24,787 bases of DNA from Candidatus Microgenomates bacterium (GCA_016178125.1 JACOTV010000106.1:1-24787), one strand, 5' to 3'. Counted from the stretch's first letter, positions 1 through 9,291 are shown. The notes: a model not told the origin generated them from the sequence alone. Made by a program: numbers and translations.

Positions 1-720
1 AATGTGAAGGTTGTTCATGCAAAGGATCTCTTTCTCAAGAGACTCCGTGGGGTGACGGATCCTGAAAAAAAACGCAAGGTCATTGGAAAAGCCTTCATCG
101 ACGTTCTAGAAAAAGAAGCAAAAATTCTCAAGGCTACATTCTTAGTACAAGGGACCATTTACCCAGACGTCATCGAAAGCGCAGGGACCAAGCATAGCCA
201 AAATATTAAAAGCCATCACAATGTCGGAGGATTGCCTGAACGCATGAAACTCGCCCTCATTGAACCTCTTCGCAGTTTTTATAAAGACGAAGTTCGCAGC
301 ATTGGTAAAACGCTGGGCTTGCCAGATACCATAACAAAGCGCCAACCGTTTCCGGGGCCAGGACTTGCCGTTCGCATTATTGGCGCAGTCACCGAGTACA
401 AGCTTGGCATACTGAGTGAAGCAGACGCGGTAGTGCGGCAAGAAGTACATACTGCAGGCCTCGACCACAGCATTTGGCAGTCATTCGCCGTATACACGGG
501 GATTAAAACAACCGGTGTCCGAGGTGACGAACGAGCTTACGGAGAAACCATCGCCGTACGGCTTATCGAAGCAACCGATGCGATGAGCGCTCACTGGGCG
601 CGCGTGCCGTACACTCTCCTTGAAACGATCAGCACGCGCATTGTGACCGAGATCCCGGCGGTAAACCGCGTAGTCTACGACATTACGACCAAGCCTCCTG
701 CTACAATGGAATGGGAATGA
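1..720 (+). CDS. guaA: GMP synthase (glutamine-hydrolysing), C-terminal part; 5' end lies outside the window
   Basis: Open frame from base 1. Motifs [37 protein letters not shown] and C-terminal [16 protein letters not shown] match the GMPS ATPPase and dimerisation domains. Confidence 0.97.
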   Translation, partial: NVKVVHAKDLFLKRLRGVTDPEKKRKVIGKAFIDVLEKEAKILKATFLVQGTIYPDVIESAGTKHSQNIKSHHNVGGLPERMKLALIEPLRSFYKDEVRSIGKTLGLPDTITKRQPFPGPGLAVRIIGAVTEYKLGILSEADAVVRQEVHTAGLDHSIWQSFAVYTGIKTTGVRGDERAYGETIAVRLIEATDAMSAHWARVPYTLLETISTRIVTEIPAVNRVVYDITTKPPATMEWE

Positions 721-1304
721 ACATCATAGATCTTCTTATAAAGGCAGGTATCATCGTGAGCATGATTCTGATACGTATATACTGGCGCGCCGCCGAAGAA
801 GAGGCTGACATGAAAATCCCGAGCACTTCTACCCGTCGTACCCGTTTTCGCAACCAGTTCCGTGCCATTGAAATAGCCTTTTATATCGTTCTTTTGATTC
901 AATGTTTTGTATATCCGATCCTTCCATTCAATCCATCTATAGTTACTCAGGCGCTTGGCCTAGTATTATTTGTGTCGGGCGTACGAATTAGTGTTTCCGG
1001 CCGCACCGCACTTGCCGAGAATTGGAATCATCTCATTGATTACCAGGTGAAAGAGAAACAGGAGCTCGTCACAGACGGCGTGTATCGCTTGGTGCGACAT
1101 CCAATATACGCTGGGTTCTGGTTCATGCTTACCGCAATCGAGATTCTTCTGCACTCCTGGTTGTTTATCGTAGTCGGGCTCGGGGTATTTGTTTTTATCT
1201 ATTTACAGTCCGTTAAGGAAGAATCAATCCTCGCTCGCCACTTTGGCAAAGAATATCTCAAATACATGCACCGGTCAAAAATGTTTATTCCCTATATTTT
1301 CTGA
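717..1304 (+). CDS. Isoprenylcysteine carboxyl methyltransferase (ICMT/PEMT) family membrane protein
   Basis: Several hydrophobic helices; motifs [17 protein letters not shown] and [16 protein letters not shown]...FIP. Start placed at ATG 717 because it forms an ATGA overlap with the guaA stop (the ORF track starts at 711). Confidence 0.85.
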   Translation: MNIIDLLIKAGIIVSMILIRIYWRAAEEEADMKIPSTSTRRTRFRNQFRAIEIAFYIVLLIQCFVYPILPFNPSIVTQALGLVLFVSGVRISVSGRTALAENWNHLIDYQVKEKQELVTDGVYRLVRHPIYAGFWFMLTAIEILLHSWLFIVVGLGVFVFIYLQSVKEESILARHFGKEYLKYMHRSKMFIPYIF

Positions 1305-1322
1305 TTAAGAGAAGAGCTATAC

Positions 1323-1919
1323 ATGCAATTACTTATTGCGACCCACAACCCTGCCAAAAAGAAAGAGCTCACTGAAGGACTGCTCGCGGTGCTACCTGAC
1401 TGCAACATAACTTCGCTCGATGACCTAGGCATTACCCGTGATCCCGAAGAAACGGGTAAAACATTTGAGGAAAACGCGTGCCTTAAAGCCACTTACTATG
1501 CCGCACAATCCGGACTGACTACCTTGGCCGATGACGGAGGGATACTCATTGATGCACTAAACGGCGAGCCCGGCGTATTATCAAAACGTTGGCTAGGGCG
1601 AGCCGCGACTGACCAAGAGCTCATCGATTATTGCTTGAAGCGCATGATGGGCGTTCCGCCTGAGAAGCGAACAGCCCGTTTTACTGTGGTGTTATGCGTG
1701 GTAGATCCCGTTACCAAAAATATGACAACGGTTACTGAGTCGATTGAAGGTTTCATAGCAGAAACAAGCTCGAAGCACTGGTCGCCAGGATTCTGTTACC
1801 GGGCAGTGTTTATCGTAAAGCAATTTAATAAATACTTTGACGACCTCACCCAACAGGAACATGAACAGATTAACCATCGCCTCATTGCCCTCAGGCGGCT
1901 TGCAAAAAAGTTGCTATAA
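1323..1919 (+). CDS. rdgB: Non-canonical purine NTP pyrophosphatase (RdgB/HAM1/ITPase family) with atypical base-recognition motifs
   Basis: ATHNPAK, EETGKTFEENACLKA, LADDGG..IDALNGEPGVLSKR and C-terminal NHR. Confidence 0.88.
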   Translation: MQLLIATHNPAKKKELTEGLLAVLPDCNITSLDDLGITRDPEETGKTFEENACLKATYYAAQSGLTTLADDGGILIDALNGEPGVLSKRWLGRAATDQELIDYCLKRMMGVPPEKRTARFTVVLCVVDPVTKNMTTVTESIEGFIAETSSKHWSPGFCYRAVFIVKQFNKYFDDLTQQEHEQINHRLIALRRLAKKLL

Positions 1920-1920
1920 T
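1912..1920 (+). promoter_or_regulatory. Extended -10 promoter (TGcTATAAT), 6 nt upstream of the serS ATG; probable leaderless transcript
   Basis: TG at 1912-1913, TATAAT at 1915-1920, ATG at 1927. The hexamer includes the rdgB TAA stop. Confidence 0.65.
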
Positions 1921-1926
1921 ACGTGT

Positions 1927-3171
1927 ATGCTATCAATCGATTTCATCCGCAAAAATAAAGAGAAAGTAATAGAATCTACAAAAAATAAAAATCGTGAGGC
2001 CGATATCGATAAACTCCTACTCCTTGATGACGAGCGACGTGGATACATTCAACAGATCCAAAAACTCCGTGAAGAGCGCAACGAGCTCGCCAAAAAACGC
2101 GATGATTCGGTTAAAACCCGCGGAAAAGAGATTAAAGAGGAACTCAAAGAAGCCGAGACAAAGCTGGCAGACCTCGAAATCGCCCTCCAAAATATGCTGG
2201 CCTATGTACCCAATGTACCCCTTGACGAGGTCCCCGTCGGGAAAGATGAATCTGCAAACGTTGAAATAAAAACATGGGGCAAACCCAAAATGTTTTCGTT
2301 TACCCCTAAGTCACATATCGATATTGCAAAAGACCTCGACCTCATAGACTTTGAACGCGGCTCAAAAGTATCGGGGTTTCGCGGATATTTTCTCAAGAAT
2401 CAACTGGCTGTTTTACATATGGGACTCCTTATGTATGTGTTTCAAAAACTTTCGCAAAAAGGATACACGCCTGTTGTTGCGCCCTCTATTGTGAAGGGCT
2501 TTAGCATGTTTGGTACCGCCCAGTTTCCTTGGGGCGAACCAGAGGTGTACAAATTAAATGACGACGACGCGTATCTTTCGGGAACAGCTGAAGTGCCAGT
2601 TACCTCGTATTATGCGAATGAAACCCTAAACGAAAAAGACTTGCCCAAGAAATTCGTCGCGTTTTCCCCTTGTTTTAGACGAGAGGCAGGGTCATACGGC
2701 AAAGATACCAAAGGGTTGTATCGTGTGCATGAATTTTGGAAAATTGAGCAGGTCTTAATTGGTAAAAACGATATGGACGCCGCACGTGAGCTCCATAAGG
2801 AATTACAAGCTAATTCCGAAGAAATACTTGAGGAGCTGGGACTTCCCTACCGTGTATTACTCATGTGTACCGGCGACATGGGGGAGCCGCAAGTTCTTAA
2901 ATATGATACCGAAACCTGGATGCCCGAACGAAATGCATACGGCGAAACCATGTCAAACTCCATTATGGGCGATTATCAAGCCCGTCGGTTGGGTATCAAA
3001 TACAAAACCGCCGAGGGAAAAACAGAATATTGTTACACCTTAAACAATACAGCGGTCGCGTCACCACGAATCCTGATCGCACTTCTTGAAAATTTTCAGC
3101 AAGAAGATGGGTCTGTCGAAATTCCTCATGTTCTTAGACCGTTCGTAGGCTTCAGCAGCATAGCCAAATAG
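1927..3171 (+). CDS. serS: Serine--tRNA ligase
   Basis: N-terminal coiled coil MLSIDFIR...; class II motifs FRREAGSYGKDTKGLYRVHEF and TLNNTAVASPRILIALLENFQ. The real start is ATG 1927; the 1837 TTG start in the ORF track overlaps rdgB. Confidence 0.98.
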   Translation: MLSIDFIRKNKEKVIESTKNKNREADIDKLLLLDDERRGYIQQIQKLREERNELAKKRDDSVKTRGKEIKEELKEAETKLADLEIALQNMLAYVPNVPLDEVPVGKDESANVEIKTWGKPKMFSFTPKSHIDIAKDLDLIDFERGSKVSGFRGYFLKNQLAVLHMGLLMYVFQKLSQKGYTPVVAPSIVKGFSMFGTAQFPWGEPEVYKLNDDDAYLSGTAEVPVTSYYANETLNEKDLPKKFVAFSPCFRREAGSYGKDTKGLYRVHEFWKIEQVLIGKNDMDAARELHKELQANSEEILEELGLPYRVLLMCTGDMGEPQVLKYDTETWMPERNAYGETMSNSIMGDYQARRLGIKYKTAEGKTEYCYTLNNTAVASPRILIALLENFQQEDGSVEIPHVLRPFVGFSSIAK

Positions 3172-3405
3172 TTACTTCCCTGAAGATTGTCGAGGTGGTT
3201 TGGTATAGATGTTCTTTCCAAAACGGGGTGTTTCATGCTTTCCGGTATCGTCGCCTTCTACGGCATGTCGCTTAAGTACCGTAGCCATTCTTTCCACAAT
3301 TCCTGGATCTGGGGCTATTAACCGATACGTATAGGCAGTCAGATTCGCACGGCAGATTGCTCGATCTTCATCAGTGACTCGAACCGGCTGAGTATGACTA
3401 GTCAT
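3172..3405 (-). CDS. Small hypothetical protein (77 aa)
   Basis: Fills the gap between serS and pepF; its stop abuts the serS stop; CATAAT lies 6 nt upstream of the ATG. No recognisable motif. Confidence 0.5.
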   Translation of the reverse strand: MTSHTQPVRVTDEDRAICRANLTAYTYRLIAPDPGIVERMATVLKRHAVEGDDTGKHETPRFGKNIYTKPPRQSSGK

Positions 3406-3478
3406 GTCGCTATTATGCTCAGTGTGGCGTGTACCTCGCGGCGATTCTTTACTCAGTAGATGTGATTGTACTCCGCGT

Positions 3479-5281
3479 CTATTTCTGTTTCAAGCGCTTC
3501 GCAAGGAGCTCTGTTTCGCTCAGTAGGGATTCAATTTCGTCAAGACCCTTCTCCCAAAATGCCGAATCACGAATATCAACGTTCATTTTCGCAAATATAT
3601 CGCGTGGTGATTCAGATGACCCGGCCGACAAAAATACTTTTACTTTTTCAATAAACGTATGGTCACGACGTACGCTGTTTTGCAACGACTTAGAAATAAG
3701 GAGCCCCGAGGCATAAGAGTACACATAAAAAAAGTAACGGAAGTGATTTACATAGATCCACCAGTTTTGCGATCCTGGTGACTGCTCGACTGCCGGGCCC
3801 ATATACTCTTTCATATGTTTTTGAAATAGTGCACCGATCTCAGTCTGCGAGAGATAGCCTTTTTCTCGGAACGTGCGGTGAAGCTCTTGTTCGAATCGAT
3901 AAAACGCCACTTGCCTAAATATAGTTGAGACATCGTCTTGTAGCCGCTTCATCGAAAGCGACAGCTGTAGTGTTTCATCAGCATTCTTCAAAATCCGCTC
4001 GACTACAAAATCTTCCATAAACGTGCTCGCGACTTCGGCAGTCGCCATAGGCGTTGAGAAGTTTATAGCGATCTGCTTTTGACGCATAAGCTCGTTGTTT
4101 ATCCCATGGCCCAGTTCGTGAGCGAGAGTAAGAACATCGTTTAGTGAATTATCGTAATTGAGTAAAATATACGTCGGAAGTGACTTAATGTAATGTGCAC
4201 AAAATGCGCCGTTACGCTTCCCTTTTGCAGGATATACATCTATTTGCCCGCCCCTCAGAAATACACTAAAAATACTCGCAAATTCCGGGTCGAGAGTATT
4301 GAAGACATCTAACACTAAGTCTGACCCTTCTTTAAAGGTGTATTTTTTCTCTCCTACACTATTAATGACAATGGGAATATTTCGCTCATGGTAGGCAAGC
4401 TTTTTGACGCCGTGCATCCGTGCCTTCAGCTTATAGAACCGGCGTGCGATATCGAACCGTTCGGCAACAGTCGATAACAGTACGTCGACAACAGCAGTGT
4501 CTATATCGTCACTTATGTGTCGTGTTAAGTCGGGACGGTCTACTCCTCGAATTGAATCATCTATCTTTTTGTTCAACAAGATTGCATTCATTTCGTGTTC
4601 GGCGGCTGCGGCGTTTGCTTCGAATATGTCGTTCACCGCCACAGCCGCCGAGTCGCGCGTTTTTTTATCAGCATCATCGAGGTTACTGACAATTTCTGAA
4701 AAGTTCTTTTTAACCTTTTTTCCTTTTTCAAATACGGTACGTTCTTCACGGGCCAAAAATCCCGACACCATTTCGGTCCACCGGCTGTGGGAAGGGCCGC
4801 TTTTAAGAAGCATTATTTTTTCTTCACTCTCTGAGAGCAGATACTTCGCTTCCTCGAAAAGACATTCTAAATGATGCTTGTACGGCAATAACTGGCTACT
4901 TGCCAAGAATGTTTTCTGCATCTGAGGAGTAACCCGTGCAAGGCGGAGACTGAAAAACTGCATGCTTGCAGCAATGTTTTGCGAAAATTCTTCTATTTTG
5001 TTTTGCCGCGCTTTCACGTCGGTGTTATTTTGGTCCAGCGAAAACAGTAAATCGAAGTAATATCCTTCCTTCCCACCCCCTGCATAATGCTCAAGCCATA
5101 CGTTATATTCACCCAATGCTTCAGTGAGCACCACCGGATCGCTCAGCCAGTCGGTTCGTTCGTGCCACTTGGTGACAAATGCTTTTGTTTTGTCTTCTAT
5201 AATCGCCCGATCGCGAGCTATCTGTGGATCAGTGGGGGTTTTATAAAGTGGTCTGAAATCCCATGCAGTTTTCATATTCAT
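3479..5281 (-). CDS. pepF: Oligoendopeptidase F (M3B metallopeptidase)
   Basis: HExxH (TLAHELGH), downstream AEVASTFME third zinc ligand, GKRNGAFC, FYVYSYASG; 600 aa. Start could be 5281 or 5275. Confidence 0.93.
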   Translation of the reverse strand: MNMKTAWDFRPLYKTPTDPQIARDRAIIEDKTKAFVTKWHERTDWLSDPVVLTEALGEYNVWLEHYAGGGKEGYYFDLLFSLDQNNTDVKARQNKIEEFSQNIAASMQFFSLRLARVTPQMQKTFLASSQLLPYKHHLECLFEEAKYLLSESEEKIMLLKSGPSHSRWTEMVSGFLAREERTVFEKGKKVKKNFSEIVSNLDDADKKTRDSAAVAVNDIFEANAAAAEHEMNAILLNKKIDDSIRGVDRPDLTRHISDDIDTAVVDVLLSTVAERFDIARRFYKLKARMHGVKKLAYHERNIPIVINSVGEKKYTFKEGSDLVLDVFNTLDPEFASIFSVFLRGGQIDVYPAKGKRNGAFCAHYIKSLPTYILLNYDNSLNDVLTLAHELGHGINNELMRQKQIAINFSTPMATAEVASTFMEDFVVERILKNADETLQLSLSMKRLQDDVSTIFRQVAFYRFEQELHRTFREKGYLSQTEIGALFQKHMKEYMGPAVEQSPGSQNWWIYVNHFRYFFYVYSYASGLLISKSLQNSVRRDHTFIEKVKVFLSAGSSESPRDIFAKMNVDIRDSAFWEKGLDEIESLLSETELLAKRLKQK

Positions 5282-5286
5282 ATACG

Positions 5287-6504
5287 TTATACGTGAACAA
5301 GCTTATATCCACGGGTTCGCACGGTTACTACCTGATACGGAAGTCCTTGTTTTTTTATCTTCTCACGGAGTCGTTCCATAAGTTTGTCTATCGACCAATC
5401 CGAAATGCCGTCTTCTGCTGACTCTGGCCAAACCTTATCAATAATAGCGTCTCGATCACAAATGGCACCGACATGCTCTTGGAGTACAAGAAACAGCGCG
5501 TGTTCTTTTCTCGTAAACTCAAGCGACTGTACTGCGTGCTTTGAGGCCTTATTTTTTTCTTTTATAAAATCTTTAAAGAGTGGAGAAAATATGACGCCGT
5601 TTTGAACCATTCCCGTATTTAGTAAGTAGGCGGGCATTTCTTGTTTTGACTCAGAAACGGCGACGCGCGACAGCTTGTGTTTCTCCTCGTCATTCAGACT
5701 TTCCCACAGCTCCTCGCATAGCAATAATATACGCTCTTCATGTAAAGCAGTTGACTCTAACGCTTCCGGATCCGTTTTGGCTTCGCGCAATATATCCATA
5801 AGTAATCGTAGATAGTGGAAATGTCCCCCTGAAAGCTCAACCAATGCATCGCGTGTTTTTGTATCAAAATGTACTTTGTATTTTGTCTGGTATTGATCAA
5901 TCTGGGTATTTACATTTTCTCGATCCGCGGGCTTTAGGTAGCGCGTGTAGAACAAATCAAACGGCATTTTTCTTCCATAAAAATCAGCGAGCGGTCGATA
6001 GCTAGTAAAGACACATGAGAGTTTATGATCTGAGGCATCATACATTCCATGCACATTATCGATGAATGCTTCACTGATCATATTTATCACGCGATCAAAC
6101 CGATTAAAGAAGATCACCGGTTCAATATTATTTTCGGCAAGTACCCGCAACGCTTCTCGAACACCATCATATGTTAGCTGCAGATTTTGATACTGAATAG
6201 ATGACTCGAATATTGACGTGACCTTAGTGCGTAACTCGCGGTCTGAGACCAAATCACGGACAGCATCTGAGATGCGCTTGAGGGTAAGCTGCCAAAACGG
6301 GAATGCCTCTCGCTCCACGAGATTGTTCAGATCGACAAATATGTACATCTGATTATCAGTCTTTCCATATTGGTGGCTATTAAAAAAATGTCGTAAGAAG
6401 GTGTTTATCCCCACACGACGCATGCCAACGAGCTCTACGCTGTGATTGTGCCTAAGATGTTCTGTTAAAAACGCGCCATCATCGTGGCGATATACGTCGG
6501 TCAT
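5287..6504 (-). CDS. Putative transcriptional regulator: degenerate AAA/STAND-like P-loop domain plus C-terminal OmpR/PhoB-type winged helix
   Basis: N-terminal LVGMRRVGINT (Walker A-like) and VIFFNRFD (Walker B-like); C-terminal FTRKEHALF...RDAIIDKVW...SIDKLMERLREKI...VTVRTRGYKL. Start moved from 6540 to ATG 6504 because TATAAT lies 7 nt upstream. Confidence 0.8.
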   Translation of the reverse strand: MTDVYRHDDGAFLTEHLRHNHSVELVGMRRVGINTFLRHFFNSHQYGKTDNQMYIFVDLNNLVEREAFPFWQLTLKRISDAVRDLVSDRELRTKVTSIFESSIQYQNLQLTYDGVREALRVLAENNIEPVIFFNRFDRVINMISEAFIDNVHGMYDASDHKLSCVFTSYRPLADFYGRKMPFDLFYTRYLKPADRENVNTQIDQYQTKYKVHFDTKTRDALVELSGGHFHYLRLLMDILREAKTDPEALESTALHEERILLLCEELWESLNDEEKHKLSRVAVSESKQEMPAYLLNTGMVQNGVIFSPLFKDFIKEKNKASKHAVQSLEFTRKEHALFLVLQEHVGAICDRDAIIDKVWPESAEDGISDWSIDKLMERLREKIKKQGLPYQVVTVRTRGYKLVHV

Positions 6505-6511
6505 GAAGCAA

Positions 6512-6517
6512 ATTATA
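6512..6517 (-). promoter_or_regulatory. -10 box TATAAT, 7 nt upstream of ATG 6504
   Basis: Plus-strand ATTATA at 6512-6517. Confidence 0.6.
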
Positions 6518-6579
6518 ATCCTGCAAAGCGTGTTACGCAAACAAAATATATCAAAACATCTCGTTCTAGGGGCCGTTGG

Positions 6580-6597
6580 AAGTCAGCAAAAAGTCAG
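6580..6597. promoter_or_regulatory. Direct repeat AAGTCAG-caaa-AAGTCAG (11-bp period); candidate OmpR/PhoB-type operator
   Basis: Two perfect 7-mers at 6580-6586 and 6591-6597 in the divergent intergenic region next to the winged-helix gene. Confidence 0.4.
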
Positions 6598-6656
6598 GGA
6601 AATATTCTCGATAAATCAAGTAAACTAACCTCTTCGCCCATATACTATGAGCTAAT

Positions 6657-8138
6657 ATGCAAACAGAACAGCTGAGGTTCCCCGGTCTAGATCAGGGTCC
6701 AAACCTCAATGTCGCTAAGCTAACTAGATCACACATGACGCCAGCAGAACTAGCATTAGACGCGGCAGCACGCGAGTACATTAGAAATCAAGGTCCCCAC
6801 GTTTCAGCTCCGCTCAGTGGCATTGATTTTCATTCATTGAAAGTCCTTCTTCAAGGATTTGATCGAGGTCAAGGTAATAATCATCTCGACAAATCAACAC
6901 CCACCACTCATCGTATCGGATACAGCGGTGAGTCGTCAGATGTGGCAAAACGAATAGCTGCCGCCACATCATATAACACACCCTTGGGTGAAGGTATCGG
7001 CAACCTTAATCTAGCTCACCCGGAAGCTCAGGGGTACCGAAGTGCAGCTACACTATATTATCAAGATAATCCAACCACGGTCATTGTGCCGATGGCTCGA
7101 GAACCGGTAACTGGAGAAGTAGCAGTCGATTACGCCAGTAGTATGGTCGGTGGAAAACACGTCATAGGAATAACAATAGGCCTCGATGATCAAACAGAAG
7201 AAGAGGCGAAACGTGCTGCCGATCGTAACGGCAGCAGTCATCTAAAGCAATCTGATATTTTAAGGGCAATCAACTGGAAAGCACTGTGCGCAGAGATCGG
7301 CATCCCCCATACTGAAGAAGATCCCCACCTTCCACCTTCAGGAACCAAAGGACTCACTATGCTGTCAGGCGTTCTCGCTGCACGCGTTATTAACGGACAT
7401 GCTCAGAATGGTGTTGCCTTCATAGACTCGGATATTATGAATAATAGCGCGGGCGGATACGATCCATTAGCATACCTCGCGCTACCTGGAGTTGTTAACC
7501 CTGGTAACGATCTCCGTGCCATTAGTGTCGCCAGAACTGGCCCTGGAAGAAATAACGAAATGACCGTAAATTCTCTCAATGAGCTCGCGTACGATACGGA
7601 TCAACTTGACGATGAAAGTCGACAGACTGCCTTTTTGCTGGCTGCCACAAACTCTTGGGCGCTCACCGGTGAACGACTTTTCCCAGCAGTCGACGGACAC
7701 TCTATGTTATTTTCCATGCCATGGACTACCGGCATGAGTATCGAAACACAAATGAATCTGTATCGCGCTGGAATTGAGCTTGCAAAACGCGGTGTACAAT
7801 CTGCACAAGTATTTAACCCTAATCCAAAGGTTGAGCGCGGAATATCGGATCCTGTGCGAGAATTTTCTATGTTAAGCAGATGTGTAGATTGGCAGGTCCA
7901 AGTACTAAGGCATGCATCGCGTGTAGGCAGACAGCTCCCCGATTTCAGCATAGCAGATATAGCTGATTTCAATAAGTCACACGGCGCTGTGGAGCAGACG
8001 AGATATTATGTGAGCGAAAGGCATGCTCCGAATACACCGCGGGTAATTGAGCGCGACTTCATGCTTCCCAGCGTAGATCAAATGATATCAATGGGCGCAG
8101 TTAATGTTGACGCTTTGCAAACCTATGGCACAAGATAA
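6657..8138 (+). CDS. Divergent glucosyl-3-phosphoglycerate synthase-like glycosyltransferase (GT-A fold, GT81-like) with an N-terminal extension of about 135 aa
   Basis: Collinear matches to the GpgS motif series: TVIVPMARE, DDQTEEEA, TKGLTM, VAFIDSDI (D257-S-D259), GRNNE, WALTGE, MPWTTGMSIE, AQV. Confidence 0.65.
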   Translation: MQTEQLRFPGLDQGPNLNVAKLTRSHMTPAELALDAAAREYIRNQGPHVSAPLSGIDFHSLKVLLQGFDRGQGNNHLDKSTPTTHRIGYSGESSDVAKRIAAATSYNTPLGEGIGNLNLAHPEAQGYRSAATLYYQDNPTTVIVPMAREPVTGEVAVDYASSMVGGKHVIGITIGLDDQTEEEAKRAADRNGSSHLKQSDILRAINWKALCAEIGIPHTEEDPHLPPSGTKGLTMLSGVLAARVINGHAQNGVAFIDSDIMNNSAGGYDPLAYLALPGVVNPGNDLRAISVARTGPGRNNEMTVNSLNELAYDTDQLDDESRQTAFLLAATNSWALTGERLFPAVDGHSMLFSMPWTTGMSIETQMNLYRAGIELAKRGVQSAQVFNPNPKVERGISDPVREFSMLSRCVDWQVQVLRHASRVGRQLPDFSIADIADFNKSHGAVEQTRYYVSERHAPNTPRVIERDFMLPSVDQMISMGAVNVDALQTYGTR

Positions 8139-9291
8139 TAATCTCAGAGAGCGAATAAGTACTTACTTCAGGCCGCTGCGTGAGATTGTAAAACAACCGC
8201 CGAACGGAGTTTTAAAATACTCGTATCTTTCCCCGGCGCCACAAAGTGTTTATAAGGAGCTATGGGACTGGGACGCATTTTTCATGGGTGTCAGCTTAAC
8301 TGACCGGAATCCAGATGATGGCATCTTCCTAAAAAATTGGGCGCTTAATTACATAATTAATGCTCAGCCTGATGGAAAAGTTCCCGGCTGTCTCACACCA
8401 GAGGGATACGATCCTCGTTTAAACCATATGAAGCCTTTTCTTGCGCAAGGAATATTGATCGCATCAAAAGCTCTAAATGATTTCACATGGATTAAGAAAA
8501 ACTGGGATGTTATCAAAAAGATTGTCCTCTATCGTGAAAGCACCATGTGGAATAACAAATATGACCTCGCAGTATGGTTCGATAGTATGGAGTCCGGAGC
8601 AGACAATAACGTTGCTGCATACAGAGGTGACTACTTGAATCACGATGCGGGCGACTATCCAAAAAAAAGCATTATTGCTGTTGACGCTAATGCTTACACA
8701 TATCAGGAATATATGTCGATTTCAGAAATTGCTTCAGTAATTGGCATGGCCGAGGATTCCCAATTTTTTGAGAGACGAGCTGAAACAGTCAGATGTAATA
8801 TGCAGGAACATCTATGGAGTGATGTTGACGGAATCTTCTGGAATCTCGACTCTTCAACGGGCCAATTCATTAAGCATGTATCATTTTCATGCTTTGTTCC
8901 CCTTTATGCAAAGCTTGCTACCCAAGAACAGGCGAAGCTTATGATAGAAAACTATCTCCTGTCGAGGGCTCATATGCAATCAAAGTTCGGCTTGCGAACG
9001 TTATCCGCGAGCGACCCGCTGTACAACAATATTAACATGCTCAAACCTCACTCTAACTGGCAAGGGCCAATCTGGCCCATCGCAAATTACATCTATGTAG
9101 TGGGCTTAAAAAACTATGGATACAATAGCGAAGCAAAACGGGTATCTGATGAAATCGCAGCCCTTGTCCTTACCGACCTAGATAAAAATGGGTGCATGCA
9201 TGAGGATTATGATGCCGAAACAGGCGAGCCACTCGCGGCCCCGAATTTCATCAGCTGGAATCTCTTAGTCGAAAATATGCTGGGTAATTAA
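8125..9291 (+). CDS. GH63/MGH1-like (alpha/alpha)6 glycoside hydrolase (glucosylglycerate/mannosylglycerate hydrolase- or trehalase-like)
   Basis: YKELWDWDAFF, MESGADN (catalytic Asp region), NWQGPIWPIANY, MHEDYDAETG (catalytic Glu region), FISWN. Start placed at ATG 8125, overlapping the upstream gene by 14 nt. No signal peptide. Confidence 0.82.
   Translation: MAQDNNLRERISTYFRPLREIVKQPPNGVLKYSYLSPAPQSVYKELWDWDAFFMGVSLTDRNPDDGIFLKNWALNYIINAQPDGKVPGCLTPEGYDPRLNHMKPFLAQGILIASKALNDFTWIKKNWDVIKKIVLYRESTMWNNKYDLAVWFDSMESGADNNVAAYRGDYLNHDAGDYPKKSIIAVDANAYTYQEYMSISEIASVIGMAEDSQFFERRAETVRCNMQEHLWSDVDGIFWNLDSSTGQFIKHVSFSCFVPLYAKLATQEQAKLMIENYLLSRAHMQSKFGLRTLSASDPLYNNINMLKPHSNWQGPIWPIANYIYVVGLKNYGYNSEAKRVSDEIAALVLTDLDKNGCMHEDYDAETGEPLAAPNFISWNLLVENMLGN

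Noticed and set aside
1837-1926. N-terminal extension of SerS in the ORF track
   Set aside because: Overlaps rdgB; the canonical SerS start and a -10 box point to ATG 1927.
5286-5291. TATAAC upstream of pepF
   Set aside because: Spacing is 4 or 10 nt to the two candidate ATGs, and the hexamer is largely explained by the upstream TAA stop; not counted as a leaderless promoter.
6647-6655. ATG-AGC-TAA mini-ORF just before the GT81-like start
   Set aside because: Begins immediately after the putative -10 box (6641-6646), so it would lie mostly upstream of the transcription start.
8661-8668. A8 homopolymer in the hydrolase gene (similar runs at about 65-72 and 12969-12978)
   Set aside because: Frames are intact on both sides; no evidence of phase variation or programmed frameshifting.
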